Assembly: GCA_976551045.1 (NCBI GenBank)
Contig: CDPCPM010000363.1
Location: forward strand, 3,224,001 to 3,288,000
Source of the DNA: Glaucostegus cemiculus
Lineage: Eukaryota
Direction: 5' to 3'
DNA length: 64,000 bases
Shown here: positions 52,887 to 64,000 of the stretch, one piece after another
Numbering within the stretch: position 1 is the stretch's first letter
How the letters are laid out: each line of letters starts with the position of its first letter
Translations under genes and position numbers: made by a program
Notes under the pieces: generated by a model
What the model was told of the DNA's origin: nothing
Seen by the model: the letters and a program-made list of their open reading frames with translations, nothing else
Database searches by the model: none

Positions 52887-53508
52887 CTTTACAACAAAGT
52901 TATAGAACCATTCAAGATAGAAACAGCGTTGAAAGATAACGTTTCGAGATGAATTAATTAATATGTTGCGCACCACTTCGAGCGGAAAATATTATGGTGA
53001 ATATTCGCTCACAACTGGTACGTTGTTTGAATGTGGCACTATTATCACCCTGTTTCCGTAAAATAGGCTGTGCGGTTTCCCTGAGTTTGATGAAATGAAC
53101 AGGGTGGGTTAATTTCGATATAACCATAGATCGGACATCATGAGTTGCTTTAACTCATGATGTTAAATTAGTTGTAGTGTGGAGTAACAGAGAATTCAGC
53201 TGTAATCAGAGACACGGTATTAATAACCGAATGATTTGAAATAACAGCGCAGAATGCCTTGAATGTTCGAATTTTTCTAAGCTATTGTCAGAACTTTCCA
53301 AATAAGAACAGTGTTATTAAAGTCAGAACCTATAATAACAACATAGATATGTCATTTTTGCACTCAACATGAAGTACGATAGCCAACAGGAAGCACATCT
53401 AGCATCATGAAAGTCATTTGACAAACATTCCGTAAATGTGCATACATTCCGAACTATAACATAATATTTTCTAAATAACCCGAATCAAGGGATTGCCAAG
53501 AAACTTAC

Positions 53509-53833
53509 CAGAGCAAATCACACTGGCATCTTCCTTGTGATCACAGTCATGCCGACCTAACGCCTAACGGCAAAGAATAACAGTCGGAAAGAAAAGATTC
53601 ACTTCCCGTGCATTTCAACTCATCCAGCCAGATTTTCTTGCCATCATGAACAGTGCCAGGCCCTCCAGCGATCAGTAAAGCGGAGCCGCAACCCAACTGC
53701 CTGCAAACAACGTGAGCATCGGCCATATCCCACGAATCATCACAAACTGTGCCCCAGCTGTCAAACAGCAATACTTCTACCCTTCCTGAGCAATTGCTGT
53801 CACCTCCAACCAGGCGCAACTGTTTTGCCGATT
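53509..53833 (-). pseudogene. Membrane-proximal SRCR exon (325 bp) with a frameshifting 7-bp duplication
   Basis: [47 protein letters not shown]; CGTTAGG is doubled (53556-53569) and removing one copy restores [16 protein letters not shown]; donor GTAAG. Confidence 0.92.
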
Positions 53834-54639
53834 CTACGAAAAAGTATAGAGTATTTATTTAACAGGCGGTTATTACACAGGTTACAAACATAATTCTCCC
53901 TGTTCGCAACATTTGCATACAGTATAACTCTTAGCTGATTTGTCTCAATACATTCTAACTGACAAAGATAAATCCTTAATTGTGCACAAGCCCAACTGGA
54001 TACTTATTAATTGCTGCTTTTACTTTATTTTCAAAGGCATGCAGGTGATCAAAGAAGTAAAAACAACAATCAATTATATTATTAAACAAAAATTCAGATG
54101 CTCTAAATCTAAAATAAAAAGAAACAGAAAATGCACAAACCCTCTGCACATCGGGCTGCATCTGTGAGAAGACATACGGACTTAACGTTTCAGGTCAAAG
54201 GCACTTGAAATGAGTATTCAAATGTACAAAGAAGAGAATCAAAATGTGTTTACTTTTCGAAGAAAATGAAACTTATTGTCATTTATCTTTTTTTTCTGAG
54301 ATGTTTTAAATTTCTTATTTCAGCGTTCTCATTTGTTTCAAGATATAGACTCTGGTTTTGTTTGCACTCAGAACTTCAGGATGTTTTATTTCTCCCCCCT
54401 ATTCGTGTGGTTTCATTTTCTTTCCTTTCTCACTCCAATCTCCAATTACTCCATATGGATTCTACAGATCAAATCATTGTTGGCTGTTATTATACGCATG
54501 TTCCATGGATTATATCAGTTTGGAATAAAGAAGGTCCAACGTTGTATTTAGTTTGTTTTGCACAAAACCAACTTCGAACTCATTTAACTATTTTTTTAAC
54601 ATGATTTTCTTCTTATTTTCATTTCTTCTAATTTTGCCC

Positions 54640-56090
54640 AAGAATTGGCGCAGAAAAGAACAATTGCAATGTTCAAAATGTTTTCCAACCACTTTCTCCC
54701 GCCTTCTTCCTGTAACCCATAACCTCCTTAAAAATCAGGGAGCGATTGTTCCCCGCCTTAAAAAAGAAACAACTAATGATTTGGACTCCACTGCCCTCCA
54801 TTGCAATGAATTTCACCGAATCGCCGCTTTCTGGCAGAAGAAATTCCTCACAATTTCTCACAATATTCCAAATGCAGTCTGGCCAACATCTTATAAGGTC
54901 TATTCTTGTCCTTTCAAACTGAATTATTGCATTTCATCTGCCTTCCTTACTGCATCTGCACGTTAACCATAAAGAAATCCTGAAGTATGCTTCCCAACTC
55001 CCTTTGCTCCTCTTATTTCTGAATTTCTCCCCATTTAGACAATAGTCTACACCTTAACTTTTCCCACCAAAGTACAAGTCACCACAGTTTCTAACGCGCT
55101 ATTCCATCTGCCACTTCATTGCCGACTGTCCAAACCTATACAAGTTTTTCTCCGGACTCCCAGCCTCCACAACACTAATGGTCCATTCAGGTGCCTTAGC
55201 ATCCTCTGCAAGCTTGTCCACAATGCCGTCAATTCATTCATGCAGATCATCAAAGTATAAAGTGAAAAGTTGCAGTACAGCTGCAGTACTCCATTAGCGA
55301 CCAGCAGCTATCCTGAAAAATGACCCCCTTTTTCCCACACCCTGCCTTCTGCCAGTCAGCCAATCTTCTTTCCATGCTAGTACCTTGCCCCTCACACCAT
55401 AGTCTCTTATCTTGCTCAGCAGACTCGCATAAAGTACATTGTTAAAGACATTCTGAAATTCAAGTTAATGATGTCCAGTGATTCTACATTGTCTTTTCTG
55501 CTTGTTCCCTCCACAAAAGAAATCTTAGATTTATCAGTTAAATTCTCCCGCTAATAAAACCGTGCTGACTTTGTCCTATTTTATTGAATTGATCGTGTAC
55601 TTCCAAGTACTCCGGAATTTCATCCTTTGTAATGAACTCTAAAATCTTACAAATCATTGAGGTCAGGCTTACACGTTCCTGTCTTTTGTCTACTTCCCTT
55701 CGTTAACAAGTTTGTTACATTTACGATTTACCAGTTCTCTGTTACCCTTCCTGACATCAGTGATTCTTGAAAGATTGCTGCTAATGCCTCCACAATCTCT
55801 ATAACTACGTATTTCAGAACTCTTGAGTGTAGTCTATCTGCTACAGCTCATCTATCCACCTTCCGATCTTTCAGCTTCCCCAGTACCTTCTCTTCAGTAA
55901 TGGCCATTGCACTCAGCTCTGTCCGCTGTCTCTCTTTAATTTGTAACATTTGCTGATGTCCTCCATTGTGAAGACTGACTCAAAGTACCTATTCAATTCC
56001 TCCGCCATTTCTTTATTCCCCATTACTACTTCTCCAGTGTCATTTTTCAGCAGTCCAAAGTCCACTGTGGCCTCTCTCTTGCATTCATGT
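54640..56090 (-). mobile_element. CR1 fragment (intronic)
   Basis: Reverse-strand CR1 ORF2 and 3' end, similar to 2990-4530 ('MAEELNRYF' region at ~56000). Confidence 0.8.
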
Positions 56091-56849
56091 GTCTTAAAAA
56101 CAATAGCAATTTGTAAAAGACAGGTAACTGGTTCATCACAATGAAAGTTCTTTCAGTGAAAGCGCAGTAATTACTTTTCTGAATAAGCTGTCCTCCTGCA
56201 CACATAACATTGAATAACGTGCGATATCCCATTTGGAACACTCAAATAATGCTGGTTAATTTTCATTTCATGCTTGTGATTAAAATGGGCGCGTCCCTGC
56301 ATTAGCAATTCCCACTTTATATGGGATTCTCAACTTTTATATGTTGTCCATTTTCACTGTAAAATAAACCTCCACTATCATTTCATGAAGAAAATGTCAG
56401 ATTGCAGGGGAAAAAAAGCGGTGTGAAAAGTATATTTTGAATTTAAAAAACTTTCTTCTCCATTCACTGGTCATCCTTCTCTGCATAACCTGTGGTTGTT
56501 TTCCAATTGCAAGGAAATAACTTTTGTCATCTGCTCTCATAGAGTACCTGAAAATCCTGTAAAAGAAATCACATCACAGGGTAACATGTCATGCTCCAAG
56601 TCGAATAAATCTAACCTGGGACATATTTTCTTAAAACCAATGCGAGTGCTTGCAATTATTTTGGGAAATAATCTCTTGCTGGCTGGTTCACCATCATTCC
56701 TCTCTGACTGTGGCCGTCAGGATCGTTCAGAGCGCATCAACATATGTTTCATCTGTCTAGATAACACACTATTTGGAAGGAAACAATTTCGATGTACGGT
56801 ATCTTAAACTCATTTTAAACCCGACATGCCATTTTTAATCAGGTATAGA

Positions 56850-58870
56850 ACATAGATTACTACAGCACAGTGCAGACCCTTCGGTCCATAATGTTGTCTG
56901 GTAATTTTATCCTGCTCTTAGAATGCCTTAGAGTAGGGCATTGATACGTGTTGAACGCTTTGGGGTTTCCCTTGATCTTACTCACCAAGGCCTTCTCAGG
57001 GCCCATTCTAGTTCTCCTAAGTGAATGTTTAAGTGCCCTACAAGCTGCCTTGTAATTCCTCAGAGTCCTGTCTGATTCATGCTGTATAAACCCTGGGTAA
57101 GAATCGTTCTTCCTGTTGATAAGAAATTCTACTTCTCCTGTCAACCAAGGTTCCTTCACTCTTCCATACTTACCCTGCCTCGCTGGGACAAACCTATCCA
57201 TAGCCCCCTGCAAGTACTCCCGACACAACTTCGGCATTTCCATTGTGCACTTCGCAAGAACATCTCTTCCCAATTTACGCTTGCAAGTTCCTACACAATT
57301 GCATCAAAATTCCTCCTCCAATAAAATAATTTCCCATATTCTCTGCTCCTATCCCTCTCCAAGGCAATGGTAAACGTCAAGGAGTTTTGGTCAATAAGTC
57401 CAAAGTACTCTCCCACCAAGAGTTCTGAAACCTGATCAGGCTCATTGCCTCGTAGCAGATCCAGAATGGCCTCTCCTGAGTCGGCATATCCACATACTGT
57501 GTCAGGAATCCTTCATGGACATGCCTAACAAACTCTGCCCCATCTATCCCCTTTACACTAACGAGGTGTCACTCAAAATTAGGGAAGTTCAAGTCACCCA
57601 TGAAAACAACTCTGTTATTTTTGCACCTCTCCAAAATCTGCCTCCCGATCCACTCCTCAGTGCCTATACTACTATTGGGGAGTTCTGTAGAATACTTCCA
57701 ATGGAGTGATCCCTCCCTTCCTGTTTATGACTTCCACCCACACTGACTTTGTACACGATCTGTCCAGCTCATGCTCCCTTTCTGCAGTGTGACACTGTCC
57801 CTGATCAGTAACGTCACTCCCCACCTCATCTCTTTTCCAACCCATGTCATTGGTAGCAATATGTACCACGACCTCTGACTGTTCACCTTCCCCCTTCAGA
57901 ATGCTGTGGACCCGATCCGTGATGTCCCTGACCCTGGCACACAGGAGGCAAAATCCCATTTGGCAGACTCTTTCATGCCCACAGAATCTCCTGCCTGCCC
58001 TAATACTACGGGCTCCCCTGTCACCACCGCCCTCCTTTTCCCCCTTTCTCTTCTTCACCACACAAACGAGGATCAGTGTCAAAGACCTGTTCATTGTGGC
58101 TTTCCTCTAGTAATCCGTCGCCATCCCCTCAACAGTATTCAACACGGTATACCTGTCATTGAGGGGAACAGCCACAGGGGAACTTGTCACAATGTTGATT
58201 GAAGAGCAAGCTCACAGAGAACACAAATGCAGCACACTGGTACAAGCCTGGAGTCAGGATACTTCCTCAGGACCGGACACAGGCAGCACTGGAAGGAATC
58301 TTGCATCTGAGATCTGAGTATTAATGCCAACACGAACTGAATCTTCAAGCAGGACTAGAGAACGCAGGACTGCTCTAGAGTAGACCACGCTAAGCAGCTA
58401 GGAGCCAAAGTAAACCCGAAGGTTGACCAATGCTCTGGCAACTAGTGCTACAGAAACTCAGGTACTTATGCTAGGCCACTGATGTGTCATTGTGCAATCA
58501 GTCCAGCATGGAATCCATGTGCTGTACGAGGCATCTAAGGAACCAAATCAAGGGCCAGTAATCAGAATCATGAAAGTACTCTGCACTCCCTGCTTATTCT
58601 CAGTCCTTATCTTGACAGTCATCCGGCTACCTGCATCCTGCAGCTTCAGATTGACTTCCTCCCTGCAGTTCTTACCGATGTTCTCCTCAGTATCCCTTAG
58701 GATACAAAGGTCATCCAGCTGCAGCTCAAGTTCCCTAACACGGTCTGTAAAGAGCTGCAGCTGGATGCACCTCGTGCAGATTTAGTTATCAGGGAGACTG
58801 GATGTCTCCTGGAACTGCCACATCTCAAAAGCTCAACACATCACTGGCCCTGGGGCCATGCATATTACAC
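56850..58870 (-). mobile_element. CR1 fragment with ORF1 (esterase-like) and ORF2 N-term, interrupted by a solo LTR (intronic)
   Basis: VRDITDRVHSILKGEGEQSEVVVHIATND (ORF1 SGNH-like); SVWVEVINRKGGIT..FYRTP and EPWLTGEV (ORF2). Confidence 0.85.
58185..58575. mobile_element. Solo LTR (family A), inverted relative to 1199-1605
   Basis: Reverse complement of 1199-1605; 5-bp TSD GAACT/GTACT with one mismatch. Confidence 0.9.
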
Positions 58871-59289
58871 AGGCCTGGCACCAGATGAAACACCAACGCA
58901 AGAAAGAGAGGAATTTGCCAGAGACTTACCTTTGACGTTTCTCGCCAAATCTTCAATACCCCACTATAACACTGGTCCATTCCCAAATTTGTCTCTCCGC
59001 TTATACCTTCCTTCCTTTTATTTGCTGCTGTTACTAAGCCAAGCAACTGGTAACAATTTGCAAAGTGCTTCGTTTAGACGCTTGGAAGGTGAAATTCACA
59101 AGCATATGCGCAGTGACTCACCTCTTTTCACAGGTGCCATACCAATCTCGCTCCAGCTCCCGACTCTGTAAGGATAAACTGACTTTGATAACCACATGAA
59201 TAATAGCGAAATTGAGTAAAATGTGGGATTGGAGGTTTAGATATATTTTAGAGGAGATGCCAGCACAACATCATAGACCGTGGCCTGGA

Positions 59290-60340
59290 ATGTGCTGTAA
59301 TGTTCTATATTCTATGTTCTGAGATTTATCTAACCATTCTGTCCCACGTAGCCTTCCAGTTTTCGATTATCCATCTGCCTATCTAATAGACTTTTAAATG
59401 TCCCCAATGTTTCTGCCTCCACCACCTCTGCTGGCAGTACGTTCCACGCACTCACCACTCTCTGTGTAAAAGAAAACTTAACACTGACATCCCCTCAACA
59501 CCTAAAAATTATGTCTCTTGGTGTAAGCCATTTTCGCCCTGGTAAAAAACGTCTCTGACTGACGACTCGAGCTATGCCTCTTACCATCTTGCACACCTCT
59601 ATCCAATCACTTCTCCTCCTTCTTCGCTCCAAAGAGAAAAGCACCAGCTCGCTCAACCCATCCTCCACAGGCATGATTTCGAATTAAGACAGCATCCTGT
59701 TTGATCTCGTCTGCACTTTCTTGCAGGCTTTCACATCCTTCCTAGACTGGAGCTGAACACAATACTCCAAGTGTGGTCTTACCAGAGTTTTATAGAGCTG
59801 CAGGTTTACCTAACAAACAGTGCGGGAATCTTGACGGATCTATAGACGTGAATTCTAAGTTCCTTCTGTCCCAGAACACAGCTAAATGTCCTGCCATTAA
59901 CTTTGCATTCATCCTTCAAATTCGATTTGAAAGCATCAGTTCCCACTTTTGCCGGTTGAAATAAATCTGCCGCTTCTCAGCCTAGCACTGCATCCTATGA
60001 ATGTCCTATTTTATCGCTATCCACAACACTACCAACCTTCCTGTCATTAGAAAACTTACTCACTCACCCTTCAACATCCTCATCCAATTCATTTATACAA
60101 TTCACAAAGAACAGGGGTCGCAGAACAAATCCCTGTAGAACACTACTGGTCACCGACCTCGAGGCAGGATACGCTCCATCTGCAACTGCCCTCTGTCTTC
60201 TCTGGGCAAGCCAATTCCGAATCCACACAGGTAAGTTTCCCTGGATCTCATGCCTGTTTATTTTCTCAGTGAGCCGACCATGATGATTTTTCATCAAACG
60301 CCCGACTAAAGCCCATGTACACCACAGTATCTCTACAGAT
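59290..60340 (-). mobile_element. CR1 RT and 3' fragment (intronic)
   Basis: WIRNWLAQRRQR..VTSSVLQGFVLRPLFF..INELD motif and a CR1 3' end with (TTCTA)n-like tail at ~59300. Confidence 0.85.
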
Positions 60341-60462
60341 GAACAGTATTACTTCCCCTGAACAACCCGTAAATTTCGAAAGTTTGCACAGAGTTGAGGC
60401 CTCTGGCTTTGCATATATTTCGTTGATACGCCATTTGTTACTACAATGCTCGGATAACATAC

Positions 60463-60717
60463 CTGAACAGATAACTTCAACGTCCTTCTCGTGTCCACAC
60501 TGTTTGTTGCCAACAACTGGCCGTGAACCTTTCCCAAAGTGAGCTTCAAACGATCCTGATATTGTAGAGCCATAACCCAGTTCCTTGCAGACAGAGTCGG
60601 CCAACGTTAAGGTCCAAGATTCATCACCGCACACTGTCCACCAAGTTCCCGATCCGTAGATCTCCAGTCTCCCCTCACAGCGACTACTCCCATTCACTAG
60701 TCTAGGCTTTATGGTTC
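60463..60717 (-). CDS. SRCR domain exon (255 bp, open, internal in-frame deletion)
   Basis: PRLVNGSSRCEGRLEIY..WWTVC..VCKELG..AHFGKGSRPVV/GNKQCGHEKDVEVICS; acceptor ttttaaAG, donor GTATG. Confidence 0.88.
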
Positions 60718-62925
60718 CTTTAAAATATACAAAATAATCAGTAAGTGCGTTGCAAAGCCGTTCATGAAAGTGTATTACTTTAACATATATTGAGAGTTGT
60801 TAAAACTCGCAAATGTTCTGACTGCTCAATTAATTTTCAGTCAACGAGGTAAACGTTGCATCCCAGGGAAATGATGGATCAACATGTGAACGGAAGTCAT
60901 AGATGAACCACACCTCATGTGCCGTCCATGGAGTCTACAATGCAAAGTCACAAACATTAAATCTCGAATTTCAGGTAACATATTCCCATATGCACCTTCC
61001 TCTCTCTTCTTCTAGTTCACGCATCTATTTCCAAACCCAGACTCCATTTCAGCCAAAGCTCCAAATCATTCAGTTTCTTCCTTCTCATCCACCAACTCCA
61101 TCTGCACGTAAACATCCCAATTGGTCCCTACTACATCTACCTGCAATACCTCATTAATTTAGTTCCTTTTCACCATCCTGTTTAATCTTATTCAATTATG
61201 CAGCCCTTTTTACACCCACCGCTCACATCCAGCCTCTCTCGATATCTCAACCCTTCCGTCCTTCAATATTCCTCTTCAATTCTTTATACTGTCTACCGCG
61301 CCTCAACTCTTTCAGTCCAAATGAAATATGAGTTCCTCCAGCAGCTCATATTTTAAAATTATTCTGTTTTACATGATGTCCCTGTTTTAATGGAAGGACA
61401 TTTCTGGGACCAATTTATTGTATGGATTAGCCTTGCACACTCCTAAAAACCCGCACTAATCTGTGACAGGCACGGAAGGACAATCTTGAGGATTCTGCGA
61501 CAGGGATTCAAAGAACAAATTATCAGTGGCCAACAAACCTTTGGCAATGCAATTTTTTTACCACACCCTTCGCACGCTTTAACACAAGAAAAATATAGAG
61601 GAAGATTTTTTTCCCTTTTCGAAGAATAAAGAGTTTTAAAAGATTGTTAAAATATCTCCCCCAACATTAAAGTCACTGAAGTATATTAAAACAAATTAAT
61701 CAAAGAATATCGGAAATTTTCAAAATTTCAGAGGCAGAAAGGGCCCATTCAGATGTCTAAAGTATCTAAGTTCGACAATTGTGATCAGGCTAAAAATGAG
61801 AAGGGTGATTCTTCAGTGCAAAGCAAGAGAGGAACAGTAGTTTATAGTTGATCATGAAATCCCCAACATATGGCTGGTTGGCGCAAGATATAGTCTTCCT
61901 TCCGAAACATTGACTTTGGCAAAGGAGGATTCGGTGCGATTATACTGTACCATGTTCTGGACGCCATCATTCTAATTCGCGCTCACTGTTCCTCGTGGAG
62001 AACTTTATGTTCAGAAGAACCTCAACATGCCTTTTTAGTTTCTGGAAGTAAATTCTCAAATTCACTTCAACGCGTTTTTTTTTTTATTTTAAGAACGTCG
62101 GAGCGCACATTAAAACTGCTCAAAGATTCTGGTTAACATAAGTTCTGAGGGACAATTGTGGATGGACAATTGAGTCGAAATCTCTGTGGGGTTTCTTAAA
62201 TTGTACGTTCGGTGCAGAGCATTCTCGAGGTATCTCCTTTTTCTCATGATGATTAAGTGACAAATTGCAATTCACGCTGCCAGTGGATCAGTCCATGAAC
62301 TCACAAGTGACCAATCCGTGTCTTTGACGAGTTCACGCTGCGCATAGGATAAACGCTGCCGTGTTGCGTACGGAGAGATGGATTGTGTTTATGATTTCTC
62401 CTGCTGTTCAGCACAATTGCTGGACCCTGGATCAAATTCCAATTAAATTATTTCCGTCAGCAGTGTATCCCAAGGGAAACTGCTGCAGTCGCTGGAATTA
62501 TGGTACTAAAATGTAAAACATTGGAAGTAATCAGCAGTTCGGACTGCATCTCTGGAAGCATTTAACGGCCTTCTTGGTTCAGATCCATTACTTTTTTATC
62601 AGTACATCATTATCAGGTGACGATGAAACGTTACCGATCTGAAATGCTAACATTGAATCCATCCCCACTGATGTTGGCCAATGTATTTCATGTAAATGTG
62701 CCAAGCATCAATCATTTCTTGCACGAGATGCCTAAGTCAATAACTATAAGGGCGAAAGAACGTTAACACAAATTCATATCAGAAATATAGCAGTAATAAC
62801 ATCCTTACAGAATGCAATAATTTTCCAAATACTTTCACAGCGGGTTGCCGGATTATTTTAATTTTTGCCCTTCCCTAAAGCCAACAGACCAGGAGGGATG
62901 AACAAGCCGAAAGGCTGATACTCAC

Positions 62926-63237
62926 CGGCACAAATTACGCTGGCATCATCGGAGTGTGTCCCGGAATAGAGTCCCCAGGGATGTGATTCACATTCCCGCA
63001 GAGCCGCCTCATTACCATGGCATTGGACATCGAACGTGACAATGGATCCCGACCATTCCCCAAAGTAAGCTTTTCCTGGTGCTGCCAATGCTACCCCGTA
63101 GCCAAGCTCCCGACGTGCTACAGTGGCGTCTGCCAGATCCCACTCATCATGCTGGATAGTCCCCCACTTTCCTTTGTAGAAAATCTCCACTCTCCCGGCA
63201 CAGAAAATGTAGCCATCTCCAAGCCTCAGACCGAAAT
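62926..63237 (-). CDS. SRCR domain exon (312 bp, open, Cys-depleted)
   Basis: LRLGDGYIFCAGRVEIFYKGKWGTI..WDLADATV..ELG..AYFG..DVQCHGNEAALREC..DASVIC; acceptor ttttgtAG, donor GTGAG. Confidence 0.88.
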
Positions 63238-64000
63238 CTACAAAACAACAGAAGGAAATATGTTAAAATACTGCCATGCTTTAGGCAGGCTGTATATGAA
63301 CGCAAATACATAATTCCTTTAGAAGTCAAGAAAAAGCATATGTTGCGATAAACACAAAACAATGTAAGCGTAAGTATATGAGTAAATTTGATGACACTTC
63401 CAGCCTGTTCCTACACATCTGGACGATGATTGTTGTTCGACCTCAGCTCTGCTGCCCAGCTTTATCCCCAATTCATTTGATTCGTTTAATATCCAGAAAT
63501 CTGTTGACTTCCAGTTTGAATGAACACTCTAACTGCTCCACTGCCCTCCTCCAGTGACGACTCCTAATTCAGAAGATTCAGCATGCTGACAGTGAAAGTA
63601 TTTCTGCATATTTCAGTCCTGAACGGACTACCCCGTATTCTGGTTCTGAGAGATGTGTTTCTGCAAGCACTTGTGTGTCTGCAGTCCGTTTATTTTCAGT
63701 CAAATGAAGTACACGTTGAATTGCGTGGAATGCCGAGTGAAGAAAATAACATAAATATTTGAAGAAGCGCAGCTGTTCAAAGAATGTTGTCAACAGAAGT
63801 TCTGAAAGGCAATTATTGATGGGCAATTAATGCTGAATCCCTATATTCATATGTTAAAATACATGTTCGGGATATTTTATTAATCTCGTGTTTGATGATA
63901 ACCAGGTTGTGAACTGCAATTGTCTCTAAGAGTGAGCCTATCCGTGAACTCACAAATGACCAACCCGTTCCCTCTGACCAGTTCAAGATGCACTGAGGAA

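Larger units (their letters stand above)
51484..63237 (-). pseudogene. 3' part of a membrane SRCR group-B scavenger receptor gene (CD163/WC1/SCART-like), frameshifted; 5' end probably beyond the window
   Basis: Five phase-1 exons with canonical AG/GT sites (three SRCR, one TM, one cytoplasmic); 7-bp duplication in the third SRCR exon. Confidence 0.8.

Overview
This is repeat-rich eukaryotic genomic DNA, most consistent with a cartilaginous fish (inferred from the CR1/Penelope/HE1-type repeat landscape, not proven). No prokaryotic genes, CRISPR arrays, rRNA or tRNA genes are visible. Host content is two decayed immune loci on the minus strand. The first is a single-exon interferon-inducible IRG/IIGP-family GTPase pseudogene (~5.2-6.4 kb). 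The second is the 3' part of a membrane SRCR group-B receptor gene (CD163/WC1/SCART-like; three SRCR exons, a TM exon and a tyrosine-motif cytoplasmic exon, 51.5-63.2 kb) that carries a 7-bp frameshifting duplication. Mobile DNA includes a full-length but decayed L1-clade LINE with a 16-bp TSD and two nested insertions, an internally deleted Gypsy element with both LTRs, PBS and PPT, six solo LTRs from four families, a Penelope-like GIY-YIG element in inverted configuration, a Rex1/Babar-like fragment, SINEs and many CR1 fragments. The best unexplained candidates are an orphan 150-codon exon (29912-30366) that looks like a secreted six-Cys protein, a degenerate TRAF-like zinc-finger remnant and a possible 9-nt microexon. 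I found no convincing novel multi-gene system. Exon and LTR boundaries were read at base level; CR1 fragment boundaries are approximate.
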